Positions 22,438 to 32,962 of a stretch of 39,822 bases of DNA are shown piece by piece; position 1 is the first letter of the stretch, and each line of letters starts with the position of its first letter. The stretch covers positions 22,286,081 through 22,325,902 of the forward strand of contig NC_068990.1 in assembly GCF_001194135.2 (NCBI RefSeq). Direction: 5' to 3'. Made by a program: the position numbers and the translations under genes. The notes beneath the pieces were generated by a model that searched no databases, was not told where the DNA came from, and worked only from the letters and a program-made list of their open reading frames with translations. The stretch comes from Octopus bimaculoides. Taxonomy: Eukaryota.

Positions 22438-22530
22438 AGAGAGAGTGCGTTTGGGAATGTAAGATGCATGCATATAGGAGCTCATAACAGCTATACATAT
22501 TCACACATGCATACACACGCAAACACACAC

Positions 22531-22568
<38 letters not shown>

Positions 22569-22603
22569 GATCATATACAGTATCATTTATCGTTCGATAT
22601 ACA

Positions 22604-22645
<42 letters not shown>

Positions 22646-22681
22646 CGTGCGCGCGTGCGTCGTGTGTGTGTGTGCAAATAT

Positions 22682-22915
22682 ATTCTTTTATTCGCTTCCT
22701 GGTTTCAGTCATCTGACTGCCGCCATGCTGGAACTCCGCTTTAATGGATTGTTTTTAGTCGAAGAAAATCGACCCCAGGACTTATTCTTTGTAAGCCTAG
22801 TAGTTATTCTATCAGTCTCATTTACCGAACCGTTATGTTACAGGGATGTAAATCAGCGAACATCGGTTGTCAAGCTATGGTGGTAGGGGACAAACACAGA
22901 CACAAAGATTACATA
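22682..22915 (-). mobile_element. SINE family A, 3' half, running into (TA)n and a gap
   Basis: ggtttcagtcatctgactgccgccatgctgg..atcgaccccaggacttattctttgtaagcctag..catcggttgtcaagc..ggacaaacacagacac. Confidence 0.88.
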
Positions 22916-23687
22916 TATATATATATATANNNNNNNNNNNNNNNNNNNNNNNNNNNNNNNNNNNNNNNNNNNNNNNNNNNNNNNNNNNNNNNNNNNNNNN
23001 NNNNNNNNNNNNNNNNNNNNNNNNNNNNNNNNNNNNNNNNNNNNNNNNNNNNNNNNNNNNNNNNNNNNNNNNNNNNNNNNNNNNNNNNNNNNNNNNNNNN
23101 NNNNNNNNNNNNNNNNNNNNNNNNNNNNNNNNNNNNNNNNNNNNNNNNNNNNNNNNNNNNNNNNNNNNNNNNNNNNNNNNNNNNNNNNNNNNNNNNNNNN
23201 NNNNNNNNNNNNNNNNNNNNNNNNNNNNNNNNNNNNNNNNNNNNNNNNNNNNNNNNNNNNNNNNNNNNNNNNNNNNNNNNNNNNNNNNNNNNNNNNNNNN
23301 NNNNNNNNNNNNNNNNNNNNNNNNNNNNNNNNNNNNNNNNNNNNNNNNNNNNNNNNNNNNNNNNNNNNNNNNNNNNNNNNNNNNNNNNNNNNNNNNNNNN
23401 NNNNNNNNNNNNNNNNNNNNNNNNNNNNNNNNNNNNNNNNNNNNNNNNNNNNNNNNNNNNNNNNNNNNNNNNNNNNNNNNNNNNNNNNNNNNNNNNNNNN
23501 NNNNNNNNNNNNNNNNNNNNNNNNNNNNNNNNNNNNNNNNNNNNNNNNNNNNNNNNNNNNNNNNNNNNNNNNNNNNNNNNNNNNNNNNNNNNNNNNNNNN
23601 NNNNNNNNNNNNNNNNNNNNNNNNNNNNNNNNNNNNNNNNNNNNNNNNNNNNNNNNNNNNNNNNNNNNNNNNNNNNNNNNNNNNNNN

Positions 23688-23769
<82 letters not shown>

Positions 23770-23883
23770 CATATATATACATACATGCATACGTACATAC
23801 ACACAGATACTCAGATATACATTTATGTAAGCATATGCATAGATATATATGTATGTATATATGTATGTATGTGTGCATGCTCA

Positions 23884-23925
<42 letters not shown>

Positions 23926-24599
23926 TGTGTGTGTACACATATATTTATGTATATATATATATACTCACACACAGAGACTGGTGTGCATACATACATACGA
24001 ACATATATACTAACATACATAGATGCAACCGTGCATCCAAGCGTACATCCATATCATTATCCAAATAGACAATAAATATAATGAACATTTTCTCCCCATG
24101 ATGAACAAATCTTATTATCTTAGTAGCTTAATAGAAACTTATTGTTGTTTCATAATCCCATAGTTATAAAACACACTTAGAAAAAGCTTGTTTTAAGTAT
24201 GTGCTTCTAATGAAACACTTTAGAATAAAAGAACAATTCTTGTAAAATAATGTTACTTGGAGATGAACTTTGACATAACAATTACATAATAGAGAAACTG
24301 TACAAAGAACAGATAATCAATGAGCGAAGCGCAAATAACAGATGAGACCATCCATAAACTTAACCGTTGTAACGAAGTGAACGTTGCTTACAAAATCGAT
24401 GATTCTGTCCTACGTTGACTAGTTATATAGAAAGACTGCATCGAATGTATATAAAAGATTTATAATATTCAAACACCACAGGACACAAACGGAATAAAAG
24501 CATAATTACGAGGAGGGGCTGGGAAAAAATAGACTCAACAGGTTAACTATGATAGCAATAAATTCAAAACTAATTTACTTGAATCTATATGAAAGATAA

Positions 24600-26006
24600 T
24601 GGCGAACGACAATAACGGCAAATGTAACAATGGCGACGGCAACGAAAAACAAGGAAAGGGAAGAAGGGGAGGAGGGGAAGAGGAAGGGGAGCGGATGAGG
24701 AGGGGAGGGGAGGTGGAGGAGGAGGAGGAGNNNNNNNNNNNNNNNNNNNNNNNNNNNNNNNNNNNNNNNNNNNNNNNNNNNNNNNNNNNNNNNNNNNNNN
24801 NNNNNNNNNNNNNNNNNNNNNNNNNNNNNNNNNNNNNNNNNNNNNNNNNNNNNNNNNNNNNNNNNNNNNNNNNNNNNNNNNNNNNNNNNNNNNNNNNNNN
24901 NNNNNNNNNNNNNNNNNNNNNNNNNNNNNNNNNNNNNNNNNNNNNNNNNNNNNNNNNNNNNNNNNNNNNNNNNNNNNNNNNNNNNNNNNNNNNNNNNNNN
25001 NNNNNNNNNNNNNNNNNNNNNNNNNNNNNNNNNNNNNNNNNNNNNNNNNNNNNNNNNNNAAGAAGAAGAAGAAGAAGAAGAAGAAGAAGAAGAAGAAGAA
25101 GAAGAAGAAGAAGAAGAGGAGGAAGTGGAGAGGAGTGGGAAGAGCTGGGAGAAGGGAGGAGAAAGAGGAGGTAGAAGACGGGAGTGGTATAGGATGAAGA
25201 AAAGGAGGGGCAGATGAAATGGAAGAACAAAAAAGGAGGAAGAGGAGGTGGAGGAGGTAGAGGGGAGGGAGTATATTATGAAGAAAAGGATATGGAAAGG
25301 GAGAACAAGAAACGCAGAAGGAGGTGGAGGAGAGAAAAAGAAGAAGAAGAAGAAGAAGAAGAAGTGGAGGAGGAGGAGATGGAGAAGAAGTGGAATGAGG
25401 CTATGAACAAAAATAAGAACTACAGATAGAGAAAGAGACGATGTGAAGAAAAGGAAGAAGATGAGGAAAGAAAAGAAGGATGAACGAGTGTTTGGAAAGG
25501 AAGAGGTCAGATGAAGAACGACGGCAGCAGCAACAACAACAGAAGAAGAAGATGTACAAGAAGGAGAAGAAGAGGAAAGAGGAAGAAGGAGGTGAAGTAT
25601 GAGGGCGTGGTGGCGGCGGAGGACTGCGTTGTGCATGAGGAAGAGTGAAACGAAAATGAAAAAGAAAGAGATTAAGGAAGGTTTGATACAGGAAAAGCTA
25701 CTGGAAATATCAAGACAAGAGCAATATGAACAATATCTTCCTCTTCCTATCGTCATCGTCATCATAATCGTCTTCATCGTCATCACTACCACTAACACCA
25801 ACATCATCGTTGTCATCATAACTTCTTTTACTTTTACCCCTCTTCCTCCTCCTTCACCTCATTCTTCTCCTCGCCACCACCACCGCCACTACCTCCACCA
25901 TCACCTCCATTGCTATTCCCCTCTTCCTCCGCCTCACCACCACCACCACCACCACCATCATTACCTCTATTCCTATTTCCCCCTCCTCCTCCTCCTCCTC
26001 ATCCTC
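24600..26006. repeat. Imperfect trinucleotide low-complexity block (GAG/GAA on +, switching to CTC/CAT/CAC)
   Basis: Visible directly; polarity switch near 25735. Confidence 0.9.
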
Positions 26007-26619
26007 NNNNNNNNNNNNNNNNNNNNNNNNNNNNNNNNNNNNNNNNNNNNNNNNNNNNNNNNNNNNNNNNNNNNNNNNNNNNNNNNNNNNNNNNNNNNNN
26101 NNNNNNNNNNNNNNNNNNNNNNNNNNNNNNNNNNNNNNNNNNNNNNNNNNNNNNNNNNNNNNNNNNNNNNNNNNNNNNNNNNNNNNNNNNNNNNNNNNNN
26201 NNNNNNNNNNNNNNNNNNNNNNNNNNNNNNNNNNNNNNNNNNNNNNNNNNNNNNNNNNNNNNNNNNNNNNNNNNNNNNNNNNNNNNNNNNNNNNNNNNNN
26301 NNNNNNNTTCTCGATCAGCTGAATCAAATGATCCTGAATTAACATATATGTGGCCGAATATTATGTAGATTCATGTAAGCTTATAATAATACCCAGGTAG
26401 AATTACGCTAACACAGTCTGTGATAAGGCTGTATCTTTTTCACACAGAGATACAATCTGCACGCCGGGATTCTATATAGTTTCCGCCTATATAACTTTAT
26501 TCGTAAGATATTGCTTAATTCAGACCTATAGAAATTGAGATTTTCTAAGTTAAAAAGCAGCACAGTTGAGCATGGAGACTTGTGGTTGACAACAGAACGT
26601 TATACTGAATACGTAAAAC

Positions 26620-26815
26620 AAAATTTGGCTCAAGGCCAGGAGTTTCGGAAAAGGAGGTAACTGGATTATATCGAGCCCAATGCTCAACTGGTACTTGTTT
26701 TATCGACCGCGAAGGATAAAAGCAAATGTCGACTTCGGAGAAATTTTGAACTCAGAAAGTAACGGCGGACCAAGACTTTTGTCAAATGTGCTAAAGATTC
26801 TGCCAGCTCGCCACC
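26620..26815 (-). mobile_element. SINE family B, diverged, with head
   Basis: caaggccag..actggtacttgttttatcgaccgcgaagg..gtcgacttcggagaaattttgaactcagaa..ttctgccagctcgccacc. Confidence 0.85.
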
Positions 26816-26834
26816 TCAGTAAAAATTAATAACG

Positions 26835-27029
26835 GTTTCAATTTTCGGCACAAAGCCAGCAGTTTCGGAAGAATGGTTAAGACAATTACAATGACACCGG
26901 TGCTCAATTGGTATTACTCTATCGACCTCGAAAGATAAAAGTTAAAGTGGATCTCGGAGAAATTTTGAACTCAGAACGTAAAGACGAACGAAATGCTACT
27001 AACATTTTGCCAGGCGCGCTAACGATTCT
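26835..27029 (-). mobile_element. SINE family B, headless, tail type 3
   Basis: tttcaattttcggcacaaagccagc..tatcgacctcgaaag..ttgaactcagaacgtaaagacg..gcgcgctaacgattct; ends where the next copy's tail begins. Confidence 0.85.
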
Positions 27030-27241
27030 TTTGTACTCTAAGCACAAAGCCCGAAATTTTGGGTGGGGAGGCCAGTCGATTAGATCGACCCCAGTACGCA
27101 ACTGGTACTAAATTTATCGACCTCCGAAAGGATGAAAGGCAAAGTCGACCTCGGTGGAATTTGAACTCAGAACGTAAAGACAGACGAAATACCGTTAAGC
27201 ACTTCGCCCGGCGTGCTAACGTTTCTACCTGCTCGCTGCCT
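27025..27241 (-). mobile_element. SINE family B, full length, tail type 2
   Basis: Reverse complement of the 14638-14842 type: gcccgaaattt..ggccagtcgattagatcgaccccagtacgcaactggtac..aaggatgaaaggcaaagtcgacctcgg..cgcccggcgtgctaacgtttct. Confidence 0.92.
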
Positions 27242-27733
27242 TACTGTCAACTAGTATTTCAGCAATAGCAAAGCAAAGTCTTTGTAGATAAGGATGAACT
27301 GCTGGAAATTATGTCCAGAATTTGTGAACCAAGGAAACGTGATATAGTTAGGTTTAAATAAAGTAGAAAGTTCTTATAATGGTTGCGATATCACTTACTT
27401 GAAACACTGGTCATGAATACATCGGCACACCTACACAAGTGTACCCTTTTCACCGACGAATTTCTTTCATCATAACTTCCAGCAAAATAATCTGAAAAAT
27501 ATAACTGTTTGGCACACATACATACATTTATCCATCCATCCATCCATCCATACATACATACATACATACATACATGCATACATTCATGCATACTAGCAAA
27601 CAATTTTTTTCGAAATTTCAAGATTTACTTTTGTACGTATATGCATGTGTGCGGCCCCACCAATTTCTATTTGTTTGTTTTTTTTTCCTTGTTCGATTTT
27701 TTTTTTTTTCACATTAAATTCCGTTGTAATCAG

Positions 27734-27835
27734 AATCTACATGAGAAGCGTATTTATAAACAGTTTCATTCAGAAATCTCCATTTTGTTCTCCAAATTAT
27801 GAGGAAACTAAATTCAGTGGAGCACGCTTGTGTAG
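27734..27835 (+). CDS. Candidate 102-nt phase 2-2 exon (IYMRSVFINSFIQKSPFCSPNYEETKFSGARLC)
   Basis: T-run then taatcag| acceptor; TAG|gtatgc donor; open frame. No homology recognised. Confidence 0.2.
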
Positions 27836-27899
27836 GTATGCCAATGCACCTGCACAACTGGAACTTATCTAGCGCACTACAATAATGTACTTTAATATA

Positions 27900-28095
27900 G
27901 GCAGAAAATCAGCAATTTTGTAAGGAAAGAGGATGCAGCCGATCCTCGTACTTGACCGGTACTTTATGTAATTGACTCCACGACAAAGGCAAAGATAACC
28001 TCAGCGGGATTTGAACACAAAAAGTAAAGATTTGGAACAAATATTTCAAGATATTTTATTCGACATTCTAACGACTTTGTGAATCCACTACCCTA
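27900..28095 (-). mobile_element. SINE family B, heavily decayed
   Basis: accggtacttt..aaaggcaaagataacctcagcgggatttgaacac..aaagtaaaga..ctaacgact. Confidence 0.55.
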
Positions 28096-28344
28096 GGGTT
28101 AAACAACATTACAAAACATTATTTAAAGTATAATTGTGTATGGAGTCTGTAGTTCAAAGTTGAGCTTGCATCTGCACAGGATTGGCATGATTATTGGCGG
28201 GAGTTTGGCAGTTGAGCATGCGACCAAGTATCCCATCTCTACGTGATTTCAGTTTATAGCGAAAGAAATGGACGCTGACTTGGGTGGGCACACCTTAGCA
28301 TTCGTGTCATCCTAAATGGTTTTAAAATTTGCTTCTCAAGTATA

Positions 28345-28470
28345 TAGATTCGGGTTCGGTCGATGGCATGACATGTTGAGCTAAATGTCTTCTAATAAAC
28401 TCTTGGATCGACAAATACCTTGTGAGTAAAACTTAGTTAGTGAAAAACGTAGAGAAGTCCGTCGTGTATA
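28345..28470 (+). mobile_element. SINE family A, decayed 5' half
   Basis: ttcgggttcggtc..aaatgtcttcta..ccttgtgagt..gaagtccgtcgtgtatat resembles the A head and body. Confidence 0.5.
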
Positions 28471-29215
28471 TGCATCAACCGCATCTTCGAAACAGATGTA
28501 AAGATAATTCTCCATGTAATAGGGATATAAATATGTAATTTCTCATGTAAAAGATTTGTTGTTGTTAAGCACTGCAAATGGACTCATAACAGACGAACTT
28601 GAGACAGGGACCTTCACTGCGAATTAGCTAGCGAGCTGGTCCGCAGAGAAGGGACTTCCGGTTAAGCAAGAGAGAGTGTTAGGATCTAAGTGACCGATCG
28701 TACTCGCCCTCACAGTATAACTGCTTGAAGAAAGATAAACAATACACTGACACACTCTTGTTCTTGATTATTTTTATGTATAGCTTCACAAAGCTATACT
28801 ACTATCCATGGAGAGAAATTATTGTCATATTTTGTCTCTTTGGATACATGCATTCGTGTGTTTATACATTGTATGTGTAAGTATCTGTGTAATTTTGGCT
28901 GTTGTTGAATCTGTTGTACCATTGCAGGTCCGTTTGTTCTTGCATCATTCTATGATCTGATTTACTAATTTAGTAATTAGCATTTAGGTTCGCTTCGCGC
29001 ACAGGATGTCCTTTCTTATGGCTGGTTTAGAGTAGGAAAAATTGATCTACGAAAAGATTTTACGACAAATATTTCATATCTAAGGTGTTAAGCATTATTT
29101 CACCCTGCATACCTAAGTAGATGGATCGATTCATGTGCTATATGTGTTTGTTCCTTAATGATTTACTCATACATCCATCCATGCATACATACATTCATAC
29201 ATACATACATACATT

Positions 29216-29246
<31 letters not shown>

Positions 29247-29860
29247 GGATGTTTTAATAATCGTGAAATACTAAGCAGCAATTAGAATACAGGCTGTATT
29301 GAGTGTTGCCAATCACAAAGTCGAACAGGCATTGCATTCTTATATATATTTCTCATCATCAGTGTAGCATTCCGAATGTAAAATTATTTGCCTACGTAAA
29401 AGAGTGTGTTACTGTCTGTGAGATTCTTACGGTAGTAGAAGGGGAATTTTTAACACGTATTTCTAAATTCGGTATGTGGTGTAGCAATTAGCTGACCCCT
29501 AATTATAACTATGTTTATAATTATAAAATATTTTTGTGTTTATATATATATAAACACAAAAATATCTCTCGTAATTTGTACACTACTTGAAATATTGTTA
29601 TTCTTGTTATAGTTGTTATTGTTGCTGTGGATGATTATTTTGTTGTTATTAGTATCAGAATTATTATCATTGCTATCACCATCACCACTATCAGTATTCT
29701 CATGTAAAGAGACGGACCTCACACGCTGGAGCAATCAGTCGGCCTGCCAATGATTCTGCCTACCAATGACTCTCAGATCACCATCTCTTTCTTATAATAA
29801 AATTATTATTTCTCACGTGAACTTAGAGAAAACGAGCACTCGATTACGTAAATCCTGGCA

Positions 29861-29928
29861 GTGAAGGATTATAATTAAAACCCCGTGAAGGATTATAATT
29901 AAAATCCCGTGAAGGCTTATAATTAAAA
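29861..29928. repeat. 24-bp tandem repeat x2.8 (gtgaaggattataattaaaacccc)
   Basis: Copies start at 29861, 29885 and 29909. Confidence 0.95.
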
Positions 29929-30521
29929 GCAGCCTCAGCGAGATTTGATCCAAAAACGTAAAGGAATATTACTAAAGACCACAACGAATTTTGGACGCCC
30001 CTTCTACGGATCTTGTACACCTTCACACTAATAATACTAAACCGTAATATAATTAATAACAACCGTATTGTTAGTAATAATGACAACCAGTTTGCCAACC
30101 CCGAAGCCAAATATGACGCAAGACATTAAAGAGCTCCTTAAAGATTGCTTTAACATTTGTTAGCATCCCTCCCATAACTAAACAGAATTCATAATGGCAA
30201 GAAATATAACTCCGATTTGAAAAATATCACAATTGACAACACGATAATTTACATTACGCCTCAAAACAACAGCTTCCGCCATGTTTTTTGTTGGAATAAA
30301 TAATGAAAGTATTTATAAGGCTCAAGGAAAAAAAAAGAAAGAAACTTATTAATTTGAACGTAAAGGACACAGAATCACTAACTATAGTTGTTGTTTCATT
30401 TCTCTGCTCGAATTTGGTTCTTCTTTACCGTTCTAACATTAAATTTTCTTCTACTTTTTTATATTCTTTTTCAACGTTCTTCACGTTTTGTCGTTTTTTT
30501 TTTTTTATTATCTTCCTACAG

Positions 30522-30542
30522 ATTTAGATGTCGTTACCTAGG
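30522..30542 (+). CDS. Candidate 21-nt microexon, phase 2-2 (xFRCRYLG)
   Basis: Long T tract plus tcttcctacag| acceptor; AGG|gtaaga donor; length divisible by 3; only one frame is open. Confidence 0.3.
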
Positions 30543-31620
30543 GTAAGAAATTTTCGCTTTATAAGAAAAAAAACCTGAAGACATATAACACATGGAGAAA
30601 GAAATTCGAAAAAGTTTTAGAAATTATTTGGCTAACTTCGGTGAAGAAGAAAAATGCAATTCTAAGAATTTTTAGAAAGTATGAGATAATAGAAATAAAA
30701 ATGAAAATAAAAGCTATTACAGATTGGCACAAAAAAAAAAGAACGTGAAGAATAATTCAGGGGATAACACGAAATCCAGCATCATGTATTTGCATGAAAC
30801 CATATGTGAATTTTAAAACTAGTTTAGAAAATGGAATGGTTCTTTTCCTTATGTAGTTGAGAACAGGAAGTTAGACACTGGATATGAGAAAGCGTGTGAG
30901 ATTATTTTAAAGAATGCTGGAAGATTAGTTTAATGCGAAATAAATAAAAGAAATCAGTTTAATTTTGTAATAGACAGGATGCGAAAGTCCAGGCTTGCAA
31001 TTTATGTAGTATGTGGAGTAGAAAGATTGAGAATAGGAGAAAGGTGAGACAGAGCTAAGTGGATAGTACAAGGTTAAACGAAAGTTGCTATTTAATAATT
31101 GTATTACAGGGATGGCAGAAGGCCTTAGTAAATGTATAGAGGACTTTGTTACATTCTTCATTCTAATGCAATAGATATCAACATTGAAATGGAATAGTTT
31201 GGTTAAAACATTGTGCGATATTAAAGAGATTTATATCCGAGACATCAACATTTAAATCTATTAAAAATATAGCAATAACACAGTGTGCAAAATCCTGTGA
31301 TTATACCCTCTACTTACAAATTTGTATTAAATATATTGAGCAAATGACTTTTAACATCAAATTTGATCGCTCGAAGATAACCGTCGTTTTGTTATACCCG
31401 TAAATTAAGCGTAAAATCCTTGTGGCATGGTATCAAACCTTGTGTATTACATTAAGAATATGTTACTGTGTGGTATGTGCAGCCAGTTCGTTTCAATTTC
31501 AACGTTCCGGTAGATCAGTTGATTAAAGAATTCAGTACTTATAACCATACTAGTAGGAAACCAATCGATCGACCAGTCAATCTATCTATCAATCAATCAA
31601 TCAATCTATCTATCTATCTA

Positions 31621-31851
31621 CATGCAGAAGTTCGGGATAAGCTCTACAGGCATGGCTCGAGAAACACGGGGCCGACCTGTCCGAGATGCCGGCAGAGCGA
31701 CGAAACCGTTCTGCACGCACTCGTACAGTGTCCCACCATTTCCGAGCTGTGGGCTTACGTCGAACAACTGCTATCGCGTGTGGGACGAGTCGGTCTAACA
31801 GCCGAGTCTATCGTGAATATTGTCGCGCATCCTTCCTTTAAACGGGAAGAA
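31621..31851 (+). mobile_element. L1/Tx1-clade non-LTR retrotransposon ORF2 C-terminal zinc-knuckle fragment
   Basis: VRDKLYRHG..CPRCRQSDETVLHALVQCPTISELW matches the CxxC-x-ETxxH-xxxx-C..W (zf-RVT) motif. Abrupt GC/CpG rise; frame is uninterrupted up to the gap. Confidence 0.85.
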
Positions 31852-32869
31852 NNNNNNNNNNNNNNNNNNNNNNNNNNNNNNNNNNNNNNNNNNNNNNNNN
31901 NNNNNNNNNNNNNNNNNNNNNNNNNNNNNNNNNNNNNNNNNNNNNNNNNNNNNNNNNNNNNNNNNNNNNNNNNNNNNNNNNNNNNNNNNNNNNNNNNNNN
32001 NNNNNNNNNNNNNNNNNNNNNNNNNNNNNNNNNNNNNNNNNNNNNNNNNNNNNNNNNNNNNNNNNNNNNNNNNNNNNNNNNNNNNNNNNNNNNNNNNNNN
32101 NNNNNNNNNNNNNNNNNNNNNNNNNNNNNNNNNNNNNNNNNNNNNNNNNNNNNNNNNNNNNNNNNNNNNNNNNNNNNNNNNNNNNNNNNNNNNNNNNNNN
32201 NNNNNNNNNNNNNNNNNNNNNNNNNNNNNNNNNNNNNNNNNNNNNNNNNNNNNNNNNNNNNNNNNNNNNNNNNNNNNNNNNNNNNNNNNNNNNNNNNNNN
32301 NNNNNNNNNNNNNNNNNNNNNNNNNNNNNNNNNNNNNNNNNNNNNNNNNNNNNNNNNNNNNNNNNNNNNNNNNNNNNNNNNNNNNNNNNNNNNNNNNNNN
32401 NNNNNNNNNNNNNNNNNNNNNNNNNNNNNNNNNNNNNNNNNNNNNNNNNNNNNNNNNNNNNNNNNNNNNNNNNNNNNNNNNNNNNNNNNNNNNNNNNNNN
32501 NNNNNNNNNNNNNNNNNNNNNNNNNNNNNNNNNNNNNNNNNNNNNNNNNNNNNNNNNNNNNNNNNNNNNNNNNNNNNNNNNNNNNNNNNNNNNNNNNNNN
32601 NNNNNNNNNNNNNNNNNNNNNNNNNNNNNNNNNNNNNNNNNNNNNNNNNNNNNNNNNNNNNNNNNNNNNNNNNNNNNNNNNNTATATACATATATATATA
32701 CATATATACATTTATATATATACATATGTTATATTTGTGTGTGTGAATATACATATTAGATATATTAATTATGTAAATGAAATTACAAGAAAGCGAACTA
32801 ACAAAGCACATAGGGAGAGGAATTATCTCTGATCGTTTTTCTTGTTTGTTGTATTAATTTTGTTTTTAG

Positions 32870-32962
32870 ATCTAGAACACTTCTCAGCAAACATCTATCT
32901 AATAGAAAACCATACACCACTGTCAAGCCTATTTGGAGTTTACGCGAAATAGTTTATCCAAG
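32870..32962 (+). CDS. Candidate 93-nt phase 2-2 exon (SRTLLSKHLSNRKPYTTVKPIWSLREIVYP)
   Basis: ttttgtttttag| acceptor; CAAG|gtgtga donor; open frame. Confidence 0.25.

Noticed and set aside
4446-27241. Recurrent ~200-bp repeats as a CRISPR array or tRNA genes
   Set aside because: Copies are dispersed, in both orientations and diverged, with no repeat-spacer periodicity; heads have A/B-box-like motifs but no complete cloverleaf, so they are SINEs.
28190-28670. E2F-like ttggcggg and ETS-like acttccgg motifs as a promoter
   Set aside because: Short motifs expected by chance; no transcript start evidence.
29990-30230. Possible Penelope RT remnants (LYT..., KELLKDCF, HNGKKY)
   Set aside because: Motif similarity is too weak and spread over different frames.
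30575-30600. CTGAAGA...GAAA hammerhead-like string
   Set aside because: Stem II does not close next to GAAA, and no stem III/NUH is evident.
30560-31300. Protein-like short frames (WRKKFEKVLEIIW, FPYVVENRKLDTGYEKAC)
   Set aside because: Many stops and no recognisable motif; may be a decayed TE, but cannot be supported without BLASTX.
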